A model generated the notes under the pieces. That model worked only from the letters and a program-made list of their open reading frames with translations, ran no database searches and was not told the DNA's origin. DNA of 64,000 nt. Origin: Myxococcales bacterium. Lineage in GTDB: Bacteria; Myxococcota_A; Bradymonadia; UBA7976; UBA1532. The position numbers and the translations under genes are program-made. Position 1 is the stretch's first letter. Every line of letters begins with the position of its first letter. Below, in pieces: positions 29,045-37,400 of this stretch. The stretch is taken from NCBI GenBank assembly GCA_020633555.1, contig JACKDL010000026.1, positions 1-64,000 on the forward strand, read 5' to 3'.

Positions 29045-29880
29045 CAGGCGATCTCCCCACCGGGGCCGGTGCAACCCTGCAGATCGCAGGTCCACGTCCC
29101 CTGCGCGTCCACCACCTCCAGCCCGTCCAGCAGATCCTCCAGGGTCTGGGCCTGCCCCAGCTTCTCGAAGTCCAGCCCCAGCAGCAGGCTCTGGCCCTCG
29201 TCCAGGCGCTGACTCAAGAACGCGCGGCCCTCGGCGAACCGCGCCCGGAAGTCATACTCACGGGTGGCGCCGTCCACCGTCACGGCGCCGGCGATCTGCA
29301 GCATGAGCTCGCTGGGCCGCTCGAAGTCGGGCACCACCAGCCGGATGTCGGCGTCGTAGCGCAGGCGCGCGCCGTCGGCGCCGCGGATCGCCCGGCACCC
29401 CCGGGCGGCGCCCCAGAGCGTGTCGGCGAAGCCGCTGGCGCTGGTGGCCACGGCCGTCAGCGCGATCTGCCCGCGCTCATCGGGATCGCCCCAGCCGGGG
29501 CAGCGCCGCTCCAGCACCACCCAGCCGCCCGCCTCGACGCCCACGGTCAGCCCATCGTGCCGGGACTCCAGGGCCCAGCCGGCGCTCGAGGCCGCCTCGC
29601 CGTCAGCGGCGCTCAGGCCGTGCTCCACCGCCACGGTGCCTGTCAGCGCGCCCACGGCGCCCGTGCCCAGGGTCAGCAGGCTGGCCACGTCCGCCACCTC
29701 CTGCAGCCGGGCCTCCAGGGTGCTCACCACCGCCTGCGCGCTCTGGGCGGTGAGCCGGCCCGAGGGGGCGGTGAAGGTGTCGCGCAACGCCTGTGTGTCG
29801 GGCGGGGTGGGTGCCTTGGTGCCCTCGGGGGCGCAGCCCGTCAGGGCCGTGGCGCCCAGCGCCGCCATCAGCCAGCGCAT
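29041..29880 (-). CDS. Hypothetical lipoprotein (279 aa)
   Basis: Lipobox MRWLMAALGATALTGC. Its start lies 1 nt after the rtcB stop (TGAcATG). Confidence 0.55.
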   Translation of the reverse strand: MRWLMAALGATALTGCAPEGTKAPTPPDTQALRDTFTAPSGRLTAQSAQAVVSTLEARLQEVADVASLLTLGTGAVGALTGTVAVEHGLSAADGEAASSAGWALESRHDGLTVGVEAGGWVVLERRCPGWGDPDERGQIALTAVATSASGFADTLWGAARGCRAIRGADGARLRYDADIRLVVPDFERPSELMLQIAGAVTVDGATREYDFRARFAEGRAFLSQRLDEGQSLLLGLDFEKLGQAQTLEDLLDGLEVVDAQGTWTCDLQGCTGPGGEIAW

Positions 29881-29881
29881 G

Positions 29882-31297
29882 TCAGTTCACCCCCTTCAAG
29901 TTCGCCACCGGGTACAGCCGGTGGGCCACCGTCGCGATGCCTTCGGTCTCCAGGACCCCCAGCACCTGGTCCAGATCCTTGTAGACGTGGCCGCACTCGT
30001 CCAGCGGCGTGCGCTCGGTGTTGCCCACCACGCCCTCGATGACCACCTGCTCCGGCCCGAACACCCGGCGCACATGGCGCATCTCGTGGTCGATCTCGTC
30101 GTGGATGTGGCGCAGATCGCGCTGGGCCTGGCCCCGCCCCATCACCCGCCCGCTGCCGTGGTTCACCGAGCAGGCCGACCGACGGGCCCCGTCCTGCGGG
30201 TACAGGATCGCGGCGCCGTCCAGCATGGACCCGGGGATGAGCACCGGGTGGCCGGTGTCGGCCCAGCGGGTGCCCCGCAGATCCGGGTGGCCCGCCGGGA
30301 AGGCCCGCGTGGCGCCCTTGCGGTGCACGAAGCCCGTCTGGGTGCGGCCGTCGGGCAGCCACAGCGTCTCACGCTGCACCAGGTTGTGGCTGATCTCGTA
30401 GAAGACCTCCACGTCGGCCTTCAGCACCTGCTGGGTGGCTTCGCGCACGCCGTGCACGATGAGGTGGCGGTTGGCCACCGCATAGTTCGCGGCGGCGTTG
30501 TGGTGGGCCCAGTACATCTGGCCCAGCCGCGACCCGGCGTCCAGCCAGCTCTCTTCACGGCGGCCCTTCGGCAGCCCCAGCTTCTCGGCGCCGGCGTAGA
30601 AGAAGTGGTTGGCGGTCTGCCAGCCGAAGCCCCGCGAGCCGCAGTGCACCATCACCCAGACCGACCCGTCGTCGCGGTCCACCTGCATCTCGATGAAGTG
30701 GTTGCCGCCCCCCACGCTGCCAAGCTGGGGCTGGGCCTTGGCGGCCGCCTTGGGCACCCGTTTGCGGTCGAAGAGCTGGGGATCCACTTCGATGGCGTGC
30801 CGCTCGCACAGATCCGCCGACACGCCCAGCGCCTTGGCGCCGTTGAACAGCACGTCCTCCACCAGCCGGTGGCTGATCTGCGGTGCCAGCCTGGGCCGGT
30901 GGTTGCCGATGCCGGTGGCCACCCGGGCCTCCACCGCGTCCACCCACTGTCGGCGCCGCTCCCAGTCCACCACGTCGGCCGCGGCCAGGCCCCGCGCCTT
31001 CATGTAGACCACGCCGCACGAGATGTCGTAGCCGCTGCCCGCCTGCACAATCGTCTGGTCGGTCACCAGCACCCCGCCCACGGGGATGCCGTAGCCCAGG
31101 TGGGTGTCGGGCATCAGGTGCAGGCCCTGCGCGCCCGGGTAGGCCGCCGCCAGGGCCGCCTGCCGCCACAGGCTCTCGTCGGTCTGGGCGAACAGGCCCT
31201 CGTCCAGCCAGGCGTCCACGGGGCAGCGCATGTCGCCCACGGGGGCCAGCACGTAGTGGGCGGGCCCCACCTTCTCCACCCGGTCTCGGAACCCCAT
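29882..31297 (-). CDS. rtcB: RNA-splicing ligase RtcB
   Basis: Strong RBS GGAGGGAGG. RtcB motifs throughout: HLGYGIPVGGV, GGGNHFIEMQ, HCGSRGFG, NHAAANYAVANRH, SVNHGSGR. Confidence 0.9.
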   Translation of the reverse strand: MGFRDRVEKVGPAHYVLAPVGDMRCPVDAWLDEGLFAQTDESLWRQAALAAAYPGAQGLHLMPDTHLGYGIPVGGVLVTDQTIVQAGSGYDISCGVVYMKARGLAAADVVDWERRRQWVDAVEARVATGIGNHRPRLAPQISHRLVEDVLFNGAKALGVSADLCERHAIEVDPQLFDRKRVPKAAAKAQPQLGSVGGGNHFIEMQVDRDDGSVWVMVHCGSRGFGWQTANHFFYAGAEKLGLPKGRREESWLDAGSRLGQMYWAHHNAAANYAVANRHLIVHGVREATQQVLKADVEVFYEISHNLVQRETLWLPDGRTQTGFVHRKGATRAFPAGHPDLRGTRWADTGHPVLIPGSMLDGAAILYPQDGARRSACSVNHGSGRVMGRGQAQRDLRHIHDEIDHEMRHVRRVFGPEQVVIEGVVGNTERTPLDECGHVYKDLDQVLGVLETEGIATVAHRLYPVANLKGVN

Positions 31298-31326
31298 GGG
31301 CCTCCCTCCTCGGCGCGCGCCCGTTG

Positions 31327-31725
31327 TCAGGCGGCGAGCGCCGCGGCGAGGCCCTGGTAGATCCCGTAGCCGCCGGCCACCAGCAGCGCGGTGAAGGTGA
31401 GCACCATGCCGTAGAAGCGGCCCACGGTGGTGCCCGCGCTGCGGCCCAGGCCCCAGGCGTGGCCCACGCGGCCCACCAGCAGCGCGGCGCCGCAGCCGTG
31501 CACCAGCCACGCCGGCGCGCCGTTGAGCTCGATCATCCCGGTCAGCAGCAGGGCCAGGGGGGTGTACTCGGCGAAGTTCGCGTGCACGCGGATCGCCCGG
31601 GCCAGATCCTTGTGGCCGCCGTCGCCGATGCCCACCTCGTGGCGGCGGCGCAGGCCGATGACCCGCCAGGCCAGGGCGACATAGACCAGGGCGAGCACGC
31701 CGGCGTAGAGCGCCGTCCAGCGCAT
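31327..31725 (-). CDS. MAPEG-family membrane protein
   Basis: GGAGG RBS. Four predicted TM helices (WTALYAGVLALVYVALAW, FAEYTPLALLLTGMIEL, and others), as in MAPEG proteins. Confidence 0.6.
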   Translation of the reverse strand: MRWTALYAGVLALVYVALAWRVIGLRRRHEVGIGDGGHKDLARAIRVHANFAEYTPLALLLTGMIELNGAPAWLVHGCGAALLVGRVGHAWGLGRSAGTTVGRFYGMVLTFTALLVAGGYGIYQGLAAALAA

Positions 31726-31825
31726 GGGGCCTCCAGGAGCAGGGGGCGGATCGGGCCGCCGCGCGCCAGGATGCCACCTTCTGGGGCCCGATCGCATCGA
31801 ACAGCGTTCACCGCCTGGAGCCGCC

Positions 31826-33421
31826 ATGCCCGCGCCCCTGTCCGAGCTGACCTGGGACCACAGCTACCGCCGGGATCTGCCCGCCGATCCCGAGCCCCGC
31901 AACTACGTGCGCCAGGTCACCGGCGCGGCCTGGTCGGCGGTCAGCCCGACGCGGGTCCGCGCGCCCCGGCTGCTGGCCTGGGCCCCGCAGGTGGCCGAGC
32001 TGCTGGGGATCGCCCCGGGGCACGACCCGCAGGCCCTGGCCCAGGTGCTGGCGGGCAACACGCTGGCCGAGGGCATGGCCCCCTTCGCGGCGGTGTACGC
32101 CGGCCACCAGTTCGGCCACTTCGCCGGCCAGCTCGGCGACGGGCGGGCCATCACCCTGGGCGAGGTGCTCAACCCGGAAGGCGAGCGCTGGGAGCTGCAG
32201 CTCAAGGGCGCGGGCCCCACGCCCTACTCCCGCACCGCCGACGGGCGGGCCGTGCTGCGCTCCAGCGTACGCGAGTTCCTGTGCAGCGAGGCCATGCACC
32301 ACCTGGGGGTGCCCACCACCCGGGCGCTGAGCCTGGTGGGCACGGGCGAACCGGTCGTGCGGGACATGCTGTATTCGGGCGATCCGCGCCCTGAGCCCGG
32401 CGCAGTGGTTTGCCGGGTGGCGCCTTCCTTCATTCGTTTCGGGCACTTCGAGAACTTCGCCTGGCGGAGGGACGGCGACAACCTGCGCCGGCTGGCCGAA
32501 CATGTATTGTGCCGACACTACCCAGGGCTGGGGGAGCCAGCGCCCGACACAATCCTGGCCATGCTCACCGAGATCGCTCAGCGCACCGCCCGCCTCATGG
32601 CCGAGTGGCAGCGGGTGGGCTTCGTGCACGGGGTGATGAACACCGACAACCTGTCGATCCTGGGCGTGACCATCGACTACGGCCCCTACGGCTGGCTCGA
32701 GGGCTACGACCCCGACTGGACGCCCAACACCACCGACGCCCAGAGCGGGCGCTACCGCTACGGGCACCAGCCCGGGGTGGGGCTGTGGAACGTGGCCCGC
32801 CTGGCCGAGGCCTTCCACCCGCTGATCCAGGACGAGCCCGCCCTGAACGGCGTGCTGGACGCCTACCGCGAGGCCTTCGCCGCCGCGCAGGACGCCGGCT
32901 TCGCCGCCAAGCTGGGGCTGGGCGCCTGGCGCGGCGAGGACGAGGCCCTGGTGGGCGACTTGCTCGACCGGCTGCGGGACGCCGAGACCGACATGCCGAT
33001 CTTCTACCGGCTGCTCAGCGGGCTGGACGTCGCCGGGCCGGCCGGGGCTCGCAGCGACGCGGACTGGGTGGCGGCCATCACGCCCGCCTTCTACGACGCC
33101 GACGGGGTAGACAGCGAGCAGCGCGCGGCCTGGGCCGCCTGGCTGCGCCGCTGGGCCGAGCGGGTGCGCGGCGGTGCTCCGGACGCGGAGCGGCAGGCGG
33201 CCATGAAGCGGGCCAACCCGAAGTACGTGCTGCGCAACTGGATGGCGCAGCAGGCCATCGACGCCGCCGAGCAGGGGGACCTGGCCGAGCTGCACCGCCT
33301 GTTCGAGCTGCTGCAGCGCCCCTACGCCGAGCAGCCCGAGCACGAGGTCGCCTACTTCCAGCGGCGCCCCGAGTGGGCGCGGCACAAGCCGGGCTGCTCC
33401 ATGCTGAGCTGCTCGAGCTGA
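31826..33421 (+). CDS. selO: Protein adenylyltransferase SelO (YdiU/UPF0061)
   Basis: Full-length match to the SelO pattern: GHQFGHFAGQLGDGRAITLGEV, LQLKGAGPTPYSR, GDGRAVLRSSVREFLCSEAMHHLGVPTTRALSLV, VMNTDNLSILGVTIDYGPYGWL. Confidence 0.9.
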   Translation: MPAPLSELTWDHSYRRDLPADPEPRNYVRQVTGAAWSAVSPTRVRAPRLLAWAPQVAELLGIAPGHDPQALAQVLAGNTLAEGMAPFAAVYAGHQFGHFAGQLGDGRAITLGEVLNPEGERWELQLKGAGPTPYSRTADGRAVLRSSVREFLCSEAMHHLGVPTTRALSLVGTGEPVVRDMLYSGDPRPEPGAVVCRVAPSFIRFGHFENFAWRRDGDNLRRLAEHVLCRHYPGLGEPAPDTILAMLTEIAQRTARLMAEWQRVGFVHGVMNTDNLSILGVTIDYGPYGWLEGYDPDWTPNTTDAQSGRYRYGHQPGVGLWNVARLAEAFHPLIQDEPALNGVLDAYREAFAAAQDAGFAAKLGLGAWRGEDEALVGDLLDRLRDAETDMPIFYRLLSGLDVAGPAGARSDADWVAAITPAFYDADGVDSEQRAAWAAWLRRWAERVRGGAPDAERQAAMKRANPKYVLRNWMAQQAIDAAEQGDLAELHRLFELLQRPYAEQPEHEVAYFQRRPEWARHKPGCSMLSCSS

Positions 33422-33458
33422 CTGGGGCCCGCGGCGAGGGCGTCCCCGACGGCGAAGG

Positions 33459-34577
33459 TCAGCGCGGCTCGACGGCCTCGGCGGTGCAGCCGGCGGGCGC
33501 CGTGCGGGGGTGGCAGGCGGGGGATCCATCGGGCAGGGCGGTGACGTAGCCCGAGTCGTCCTGCGGCACCAGGAAGTCGGTGGCCAGGTGATGCGGCGCC
33601 GTCTCGACGGCCGTGTCCAGCTCGGCCTGCCGCTCGGCCTGGGGCGTGCCGCGGCCGTTGACGTTCGACGTCACCAGGAAGCCGGCGTCCACGGTGGCCT
33701 GGATGCGCGCGCGGTCCCCCACGGGGTCGTCCAGCTTGAAGGTGGCGGCGAAGGGCTGGCCCGGGTCGTCGGCGCGCACGAACAGCAGCCGCTCTTGCAG
33801 GGCGGGCGCGCCCTCCAGGTAGGCGTCGCGGTGGTCGCCGCCGTCCAGCAGCGTCACCAGCAGCCGCCCCCGGGTCTGCGCCAGCGGCGGCCAGCCGTCA
33901 GCCGCCAGCGCCGTGGGCAGGTCGGGGTGCGCGCCGCGCACGTCGTCGGGGCTCAGCAGGTGTTCGCGGGGCCAGACGGCGGCCAGCTCGGCCTCGATCT
34001 GGTCGTAGCGGCCGGCCAACGTGTCATAGTCGGGGTTGATGCGATCCAGCTCGTCGTCCTTGAGCTCCAGCCAGATCACCAGCGGTACGTGGCAGGGGTG
34101 GGCCCGCGACCACGCGGCCAGCTCGGCCAGACAGTCCGTCCAGCGGTCACACACGCTGGCGTCATCCAGCACGGGCAGGTGGAACACAACCAGGCCGCGC
34201 TCCTTGTGCCAGTGCAGGTCGAGCTCGAGCTGGCGCACGCCCCGATCGAGCTGCTCACCCAGGAGCGGGTGGCTGTAGTCGTGCCGGGGATCGGCCACCA
34301 CCTCGTCGCGCACGTGGTAGCTGTTGTGCGTGCCCAGGCTGAACACATGGGCGAGCGACAGGGTGTCATCCAGCGGACCCGGCGTGGGGCAGGTCGGCCA
34401 CGGATCCTCGCCGGCCATGTCGGGCGACCCCAGGTCGCCCGAGTCGGCCATGTTGGCCATGTCCATGTCGGCCGTCGCCATGTCGGCCGGTGCGGCATCC
34501 GTCTGTTCCGACGGCGCGTCATCACAGCCCAGGGCGACACCCAGGGCACAGGCGAGCAGCGACGTTTGAAGGCGCAT
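33459..34577 (-). CDS. PI-PLC X-domain-like (PLC-like phosphodiesterase) lipoprotein
   Basis: Lipobox MRLQTSLLACALGVALGCDD, acidic Met/Asp-rich linker. HVFSLGTHNSYH matches the phosphatidylinositol-specific phospholipase C X-box (catalytic His). Confidence 0.65.
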   Translation of the reverse strand: MRLQTSLLACALGVALGCDDAPSEQTDAAPADMATADMDMANMADSGDLGSPDMAGEDPWPTCPTPGPLDDTLSLAHVFSLGTHNSYHVRDEVVADPRHDYSHPLLGEQLDRGVRQLELDLHWHKERGLVVFHLPVLDDASVCDRWTDCLAELAAWSRAHPCHVPLVIWLELKDDELDRINPDYDTLAGRYDQIEAELAAVWPREHLLSPDDVRGAHPDLPTALAADGWPPLAQTRGRLLVTLLDGGDHRDAYLEGAPALQERLLFVRADDPGQPFAATFKLDDPVGDRARIQATVDAGFLVTSNVNGRGTPQAERQAELDTAVETAPHHLATDFLVPQDDSGYVTALPDGSPACHPRTAPAGCTAEAVEPR

Positions 34578-34584
34578 CCTCACC

Positions 34585-35217
34585 TCACCCTCGGGCGGGC
34601 GGCTCGGTGGCCTGCCAGGCGGGCAGGGCCTGCACGCGGGCCAGCCAGGCCTCCAGGTGGGGGCGGTCATCCAGGGGCAGCTTGGCGGGCTCGCGGTACA
34701 TGAAGGGCGCGACGGTGGCGAAGTCGGCCAGGGTCACGGCATCACCCACCAGCCAGTCTCGACCGGCCAGGTGGCTCTCCAGCACCGCGGTGTGTTGGCG
34801 GAAGAACCGCTCGCTCTGGGCCACCCGGTCGGGATCCGGCCCGCCCTGGCCATACAGCGCCTTCAGGAAGTTCTCGAAGGTCAGCCCGGCCACGGCGGGG
34901 CTCAGGTGGTTGGCCATCCAGAACAGCCAGCGGTGCACCTGGGCCCGCGCGCCTCGATCGGTGGGGTACACCGCTTCGCCGGCGGCGCCCGCCGCCTCGG
35001 CCAGGTAGATGAGGATGGCGTTGGACTCGGGCAGCACCACGTCGCCGTCCACCAGCACGGGCACGGCGCCTGCGGGGTTCAGCGCCAGGAAGGTGGGGTC
35101 CCGCTGGGCGCCCTTGCCCAGGTTCACGAACACCGGCTCCACGGTCAGGCCCAGGTGGTGGGCCAGCATCATGGGCTTGCGGGCGTTGGACGACATGGGG
35201 TGGTGGTACAGCTTCAT
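34585..35217 (-). CDS. Glutathione S-transferase
   Basis: MKLYHHPMSSNARKPMMLAHHLGLTVEPVFVNL...AVPVLVDGDVVLPESNAILIYLAE matches the GST N-terminal thioredoxin-like domain; helical C-terminal domain. Confidence 0.8.
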   Translation of the reverse strand: MKLYHHPMSSNARKPMMLAHHLGLTVEPVFVNLGKGAQRDPTFLALNPAGAVPVLVDGDVVLPESNAILIYLAEAAGAAGEAVYPTDRGARAQVHRWLFWMANHLSPAVAGLTFENFLKALYGQGGPDPDRVAQSERFFRQHTAVLESHLAGRDWLVGDAVTLADFATVAPFMYREPAKLPLDDRPHLEAWLARVQALPAWQATEPPARG

Positions 35218-35326
35218 TGGGGCCTCGCTGGCGGTGTGTGCGCACGCTGCCCGTGGGCGCTCGGCCCGTCAACCGACCTTGTGGCGCCCCCCCCGGCGTG
35301 CCAGGGTCGGCCCCAGGAGGTGCCCC

Positions 35327-36049
35327 ATGTTCGGCCTGATCGTGGCGCTGGCTGTCACCCCCGCCGCCCCCACCCCCGGCCCCACCGATGTGGTGGTCTA
35401 CCACGACCTGCTCGTGGCCTGTCACCGACCCACCGTGGGCTGGTTCACCGGCCCGGCCTGCGAGGCGGCCGCCCTGGGCGGCACGCTGCGCAAACAGGGG
35501 GTGGGCGAGCGCAAGCTGGCCATGAAGGCCACCGACGCGAGCTGTGGGGGCACCGAGGGCTACCGGGCGCTGGGCAGCGGCCACAGCGACGGGCTGTGGA
35601 GCACCCGCGCGCAGGCGCCGGCCATCACGCCGCTGCCCACCGCGCTGAAGGCCGGCGATCGCAAGGCGCTGCGGGCGCTGTTGGCGGCCGACTTCGCTGA
35701 GCACGCCGCGGCCTGGCGCACCTGGGTCGAAGAGAAGGACGCCGTGGCCATGGATCCCACCGCTTTCAAGGTGGTGGCGGCGGCCCGGGTGGGGGACGCC
35801 CGCTACCTGAGCCTCCAGGGCATGACCCGTGAGTTCCGGGCGCTCGTGCGGCTGGGCAAGGCGGGTGGGGCGGTCCTGGCCCGCGACGCCTACGGGCCGG
35901 TGACCCTGGCCGCGGCGCTGGACGCGGACGGCGACGGCGAGCCCGAGCTCTGGGTGGCCGAGGGCGGCGAGACCGAGCGCAGCTACACGCTGCTGCGCTT
36001 CATCGACGGGCGGCCGAGCCCCATCGCCAGCCTGGGCTGCGGCGACTGA
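35327..36049 (+). CDS. Hypothetical secreted protein (240 aa)
   Basis: RBS GGAGGTG then ATG. N-terminal signal-like MFGLIVALAVTPAAP. No recognised domain. Confidence 0.45.
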   Translation: MFGLIVALAVTPAAPTPGPTDVVVYHDLLVACHRPTVGWFTGPACEAAALGGTLRKQGVGERKLAMKATDASCGGTEGYRALGSGHSDGLWSTRAQAPAITPLPTALKAGDRKALRALLAADFAEHAAAWRTWVEEKDAVAMDPTAFKVVAAARVGDARYLSLQGMTREFRALVRLGKAGGAVLARDAYGPVTLAAALDADGDGEPELWVAEGGETERSYTLLRFIDGRPSPIASLGCGD

Positions 36050-36085
36050 CGCCGCGCCCTTCTCCCGGTTGTGTCGCGGCCCGGC

Positions 36086-37270
36086 TCAGCCCCCCACGGG
36101 CTCCAGCCGCACGGCGATGACGCAGTCGCTCTGCCCCTCGGCCCGCAGGATGACCTCGACCTGGCCGCCCAGCCGCCGCCGGCCCCAGGTGTCTTCGGTC
36201 ACGTCGCGATCGCTGCGCTGGCTGATCCGCCGCCCCTCACCGTTCACCAGGAACAGCGCCCCTGCGGGGTTGCGATTCTCGGTGTGTCGGCTGCGGATGA
36301 CGATGTCGTAGTCGGCCGCCACGACGTCGTCGAAGCGGAAGATGGCGTCGCCCACCCGGTTGCCGCCGGCCCGGTAGAGGCCCTCGCAGTCGGTGGGTAC
36401 GTGTTCGTCGCCGGCCGCGGTGAAGGCGTAGGCCCGGGCGGGGTTGTTCTCGCAGCCCACCACCCAGGTGCGGCGGTTCGTGTACTCGGCCCGGGGGTAG
36501 CGGATCTCACGGACCACGGCGTCCGGCGGGGGCGGCGGGGGCGCCGCCTGGCACTCGGCCACCCGGGCCCGCACGGTGAGCTGCACGTTGGCGATGCCGA
36601 AGTAGCTGCGGTCCAGCGGGCCGGGACCGAACTCGATGCGGTTGGTGCCCGCCACCACGTCGCCGGTCACGTCCACCGCGCCGGTGCCCGCGGCGTTGTC
36701 CCAGGCCAGATCGGCCGGCAGGTCATACGGGCCCTGGCCGTTCACGTAGATGCGCCCCTCCTCGCCCGGGTGATCCGCGTCGTGGCTGTCGAAGCGCAGG
36801 ATGGCCTCGTCGATCAGCGCCGGATCGGGCAAGCCGTCCACCCGGAAGGTCAGCCGCTCCGGCGAGGCGGGCCCCACGTCGATCTCCACCCGGGCGGCGC
36901 CGAAGGTCACCGATCGGTACTGGCAGTCCCGGGCGGCGGGCAGGGGATCCATGTCGGGCGGGGGCGGCGCCAGATCGGGCGGGGGCGGTGCCAGGTCGGG
37001 CGGGGGCGGTGCCAGGTCGGGCGCGGGGCCCTCATCGGGGGGCACGCCGCGGTCCTCGGGCAAGCCGCCGCCATCGGGGTCCGGCGCGGGGCCCCGGTCG
37101 GCCTCGCCGCCCACCCCACGGTCCATGCCCGAGCCGCCATCCAGGGTGCCGGCCTCGGCCGGCCCGGCGTCTGCCGCGGGGCCGTTGAGATCCAGGGTGG
37201 CGCCGGTGCAGGCCACCAGCATCGCGGCGAGCGCCGCCAGGGCGACGTACCGCGTGGCCGTGCGTGCCAT
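36086..37270 (-). CDS. Hypothetical lipoprotein with (DLAPPPP)n proline-rich repeat
   Basis: Lipobox MARTATRYVALAALAAMLVACTG. PDLAPPPPDLAPPPPDLAPPPPD repeat encoded by tandem 21-bp DNA repeats. C-terminal beta-rich domain. Confidence 0.55.
   Translation of the reverse strand: MARTATRYVALAALAAMLVACTGATLDLNGPAADAGPAEAGTLDGGSGMDRGVGGEADRGPAPDPDGGGLPEDRGVPPDEGPAPDLAPPPPDLAPPPPDLAPPPPDMDPLPAARDCQYRSVTFGAARVEIDVGPASPERLTFRVDGLPDPALIDEAILRFDSHDADHPGEEGRIYVNGQGPYDLPADLAWDNAAGTGAVDVTGDVVAGTNRIEFGPGPLDRSYFGIANVQLTVRARVAECQAAPPPPPPDAVVREIRYPRAEYTNRRTWVVGCENNPARAYAFTAAGDEHVPTDCEGLYRAGGNRVGDAIFRFDDVVAADYDIVIRSRHTENRNPAGALFLVNGEGRRISQRSDRDVTEDTWGRRRLGGQVEVILRAEGQSDCVIAVRLEPVGG
36955..37030. repeat. Tandem 21-bp repeat (about 3.5 copies) encoding the DLAPPPP repeat
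   Basis: gtcgggcgggggcggtgccag repeated head-to-tail. Confidence 0.5.
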
Positions 37271-37400
37271 GGGAACCTCCTCGAGTCGCAGACACCCCAT
37301 GGTGGCCTTTTGGGCGGCTCGGGGCCAGCGCACGGGCGCTGGTACGGAATATGCTGCCCGACGGGCCCAGGGCCCCGCGCCGGGGCCACCAGGAGCCGCC

